46,398 bases of DNA from Ilumatobacteraceae bacterium (GTDB lineage: Bacteria; Actinomycetota; Acidimicrobiia; Acidimicrobiales; Ilumatobacteraceae). A program made the position numbers and the translations under genes. Where the stretch lies: positions 1 through 46,398 of the forward strand of contig JBILFO010000001.1 in the NCBI GenBank assembly GCA_044351505.1, in the 5' to 3' direction. The first letter of the stretch is position 1; each line of letters starts with the position of its first letter. The notes under the pieces are model-generated. The model was not told where the DNA came from. It saw only the letters and a program-made list of their open reading frames with translations, and did not search any database. Positions 44,388 through 46,398 of the stretch are shown here, one piece after another.

Positions 44388-45497
44388 CTACTTCAAAAAG
44401 TCGGGGATGTCAAGATCATCGTCGCCGGCTTCTGGCGAACCGAAGATCTCCCGCAGGCGCGAACTGCCCTTGCCGGTTTCTGGGCGAGCATCACCGCGAG
44501 TTGCAGTGCCATCGCCACGAGTGCCGATTCGACCAGCAGCTGAATCCCAGCGTTCGAAGCCCGACGCAATAACTGTGACTCGAACTTCGTCGCCAAGATC
44601 GTCATCGATGACGGTGCCCAAGATGATGTTGGCATCTTGGTGCGCGACACGCGCCACGGTTTCGGCGGCTTCGTTCAGTTCAAAGAGGCTCATGTCTGAT
44701 GGGCCAGCCACGTTCAGCAAGATTCCGCGTGCACCTTCAATGGCCGCTTCAAGCATCGGTGAAGTGATGGCTGCAATTGCTGCATTGGAGGCGCGCTTGT
44801 CGCCACTGGCCACGCCGATGCCCATAAGGGATGAGCCGGCGTTTGCCAAGATGGTTTTCACGTCGGCAAAGTCGGTGTTGATAAGCCCTGGCGTGGTGAT
44901 GATGCCGGTGATGCCGGAGACACCCTGCATCAATACTTCGTCGGCTTTTTTGAACGCGTCGAGCAATGTGGTCTTGTCGGTAGCAATCGACAGCAACTTC
45001 TCGTTCGGAATCACGATGAGCGTGTCGACTTTGTCTTTCAACTTGGCGATGCCTTGGTCGGCTTGCACCGAACGGCGGCGTCCCTCGAAATTGAACGGAC
45101 GCGTCACGATGCCAATCGTGAGCGCACCTTCAGCTTTTGCGATCTCGGCCACTACGGGTGCTGCACCGGTGCCGGTGCCACCACCTTCGCCGGCGGTGAT
45201 GAACACCATGTCGGCGCCAGCGAGATGTTCTTGGATTTCGTCACGATGCGCTTCGGCTGCTTCGCGACCAACTTCGGGGTCACTGCCTGCACCGAGACCG
45301 CGCGTGAGTTCGCGACCGATGTCGATTTTGTAACTCGCATCACTCATGATGAGTGCTTGAGCGTCGGTATTGATTGCAACGAAGTCGACGCCGCGCAAAC
45401 CAGCGTCGATCATGCGGTTGACGGCGTTGACGCCACCACCACCGATACCCACCACTTTGATGACAGCGATCGGTGAATTTTGTGAGTTGCTTGGCAT
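44388..45497 (-). CDS. ftsZ: cell division GTPase FtsZ
   Basis: Internal ATG 45497 checked. [17 protein letters not shown], tubulin signature [14 protein letters not shown]-terminal peptide [11 protein letters not shown]. Confidence 0.95.
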   Translation of the reverse strand: MPSNSQNSPIAVIKVVGIGGGGVNAVNRMIDAGLRGVDFVAINTDAQALIMSDASYKIDIGRELTRGLGAGSDPEVGREAAEAHRDEIQEHLAGADMVFITAGEGGGTGTGAAPVVAEIAKAEGALTIGIVTRPFNFEGRRRSVQADQGIAKLKDKVDTLIVIPNEKLLSIATDKTTLLDAFKKADEVLMQGVSGITGIITTPGLINTDFADVKTILANAGSSLMGIGVASGDKRASNAAIAAITSPMLEAAIEGARGILLNVAGPSDMSLFELNEAAETVARVAHQDANIILGTVIDDDLGDEVRVTVIASGFERWDSAAGRIGTRGDGTATRGDARPETGKGSSRLREIFGSPEAGDDDLDIPDFLK

Positions 45498-45516
45498 ATG
45501 TGTCTGACCCCCAAGT

Positions 45517-45535
45517 TGAGCATGAGGCTCAACCT
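45517..45535 (-). other. 7-bp stem-loop in the ftsQ-ftsZ spacer
   Basis: gttgagc-atgag-gctcaac. On the minus strand it is followed by TTGGGGGTCAGACACAT and then the ftsZ ATG. Confidence 0.35.
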
Positions 45536-45549
45536 TTACTACAGGCACA

Positions 45550-46392
45550 CTACTCGTTAGCGATGACTGGTTGTCCAGACGACACGTCAATGGCCGCGAT
45601 GAACGAGACATCCTGCTGGGTGAGCAAGACCATGACCTGGGTGAGCTTGTTGCGCACATCCACTGGAGCCCCAAGCGTGATAATTGTGCCTTTTTTCAAA
45701 GCGAACCCCAAAGCCTCGGGGCCATTGACAAAAACATGCCGCACCTCAGGAATGAGGTCGACTGGCAGCGAATTCGCCAACTGGGCTGCGGCTTGGTACA
45801 CCAAGGTGGTGACGGTGCCGGGCGGCAGATTTGGGCCAACCCCTTCTATCTTCATGAATTGCGTGGGCTGGCCATCCAACACCGCGAGCACTCGCCCATC
45901 GATGTCGAGCACTCTGGCGCGATTGTCCACCCCGACGAACCACGCCACCGCTCGGCGCTCTTCGATTTCGATGACCACTCGATTGGGCAGATACCAATTG
46001 AGTCGCGCTTGACGCACCCACGGATCACCTTCTAGTCGACGTTGGGCACCCTCTAGGTCGGCGGTAAACACGCTGGCACCGCGTAGTGAGTCGCTCACAT
46101 TGCTCAACAATTCAGGGTCGGAATATGTGACGCCCGTAATGTCGATTTGTCGCACGGCAAACAGCGGTGATGCCAAAATCACGAGCGTCAACGAAAATAC
46201 GGCGATGACGACACCAAAGCCAACTAACGGCGACACACGGAGTCGCGGCAAGCGCTTCCACCACGTACGACGACCGATGCGGTCGTCAACGATCACCTCA
46301 CCAAGCGAGGCTGCGTTGACCGCGGCATTGACGGCAGTACTTACCGCTCCTCTTACACCAGTGCTTGCTTCGCTGCGTTCGTGAGGCAACAA
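45550..46392 (-). CDS. ftsQ: cell division protein FtsQ (POTRA domain)
   Basis: 280 aa. Cytoplasmic N-terminus, a single TM ([18 protein letters not shown]), a POTRA-like [17 protein letters not shown]. Position upstream of ftsZ. The start is 6 nt from the window edge, so the 5' end is not fully certain. Confidence 0.8.
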   Translation of the reverse strand: MLPHERSEASTGVRGAVSTAVNAAVNAASLGEVIVDDRIGRRTWWKRLPRLRVSPLVGFGVVIAVFSLTLVILASPLFAVRQIDITGVTYSDPELLSNVSDSLRGASVFTADLEGAQRRLEGDPWVRQARLNWYLPNRVVIEIEERRAVAWFVGVDNRARVLDIDGRVLAVLDGQPTQFMKIEGVGPNLPPGTVTTLVYQAAAQLANSLPVDLIPEVRHVFVNGPEALGFALKKGTIITLGAPVDVRNKLTQVMVLLTQQDVSFIAAIDVSSGQPVIANE

Positions 46393-46398
46393 ATGTTG

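Noticed and set aside
1-46398. Whole-window scan for CRISPR arrays, IS elements and inverted terminal repeats, integrase or recombinase genes, tRNA and rRNA genes, toxin-antitoxin pairs and defence-system hallmarks.
   Set aside because: None found. The longest non-coding gap is 148 nt (9882-10029). All repeats seen are short in-frame coding repeats. All sizeable ORFs are accounted for by housekeeping families or by three small unknown proteins.

Overview
A 46.4-kb, very gene-dense stretch of chromosomal core, moderately high in GC by eye (not computed). I call 47 protein-coding genes, 43 of them on the minus strand, many with 1-8 nt start/stop overlaps. I see no rRNA, tRNA, CRISPR array, transposase, integrase or phage-like genes.

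Gene content and order fit an Actinomycetota chromosome:
- rel-secF-secD-yajC-tgt-queA
- an exported rhodanese plus a YeeE/YedE sulfur permease
- ruvCAB, bcp, yebC, pdxTS
- DUF3048 lipoprotein-htpX-lemA
- the phosphatidylinositol-mannoside (PIM) cluster: thrS-HIT-[small membrane protein]-pgsA1-patA-[LLM oxidoreductase on the opposite strand]-pimA
- a plsC-like acyltransferase, mshC (mycothiol) and an F420:NADPH reductase
- inhA/fabI plus a thioredoxin-domain YyaL-like protein
- a nitroreductase plus an unknown 217-aa protein
- dnaE1, the proteasome activator Bpa, an alkaline-phosphatase-superfamily phosphodiesterase and an Rrf2 regulator
- rluD-lspA-DksA-like-ileS, then the distal dcw genes yggT-sepF-yggS-ftsZ-ftsQ

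The mycothiol, F420, PIM and Bpa markers, combined with a Firmicute-like ruvAB-queA-tgt-yajC order and the tight packing, suggest a streamlined, possibly deep-branching actinobacterium such as an Acidimicrobiia-like lineage. That is inference only. apt (usually between secF and rel), divIVA (usually between yggT and ileS) and the yfiH/pgeF-like gene (usually between ftsZ and yggS) are absent from their usual positions.

This is an ordinary housekeeping region. I find no defence island and no clear-cut novel multi-gene system. The most unusual items:
1. A cysteine-less DksA/TraR-like protein with a ~255-aa Lys/Arg/Glu/Ala-rich N-terminal region.
2. A signal-peptide-bearing rhodanese plus YeeE permease inserted into the ruv-queA array.
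3. An 18-bp divergent spacer whose quasi-palindrome TACCGTA gives a TANNNT -10 box in both directions, so both transcripts may be leaderless.
4. An uncharacterised small membrane protein translationally coupled inside the PIM operon.
5. Several short palindromes and hairpins in the few intergenic gaps.

The ORF track shows GTG and TTG starts as M. Several track ORFs are 5'-extended, and I trimmed them to starts supported by homology.
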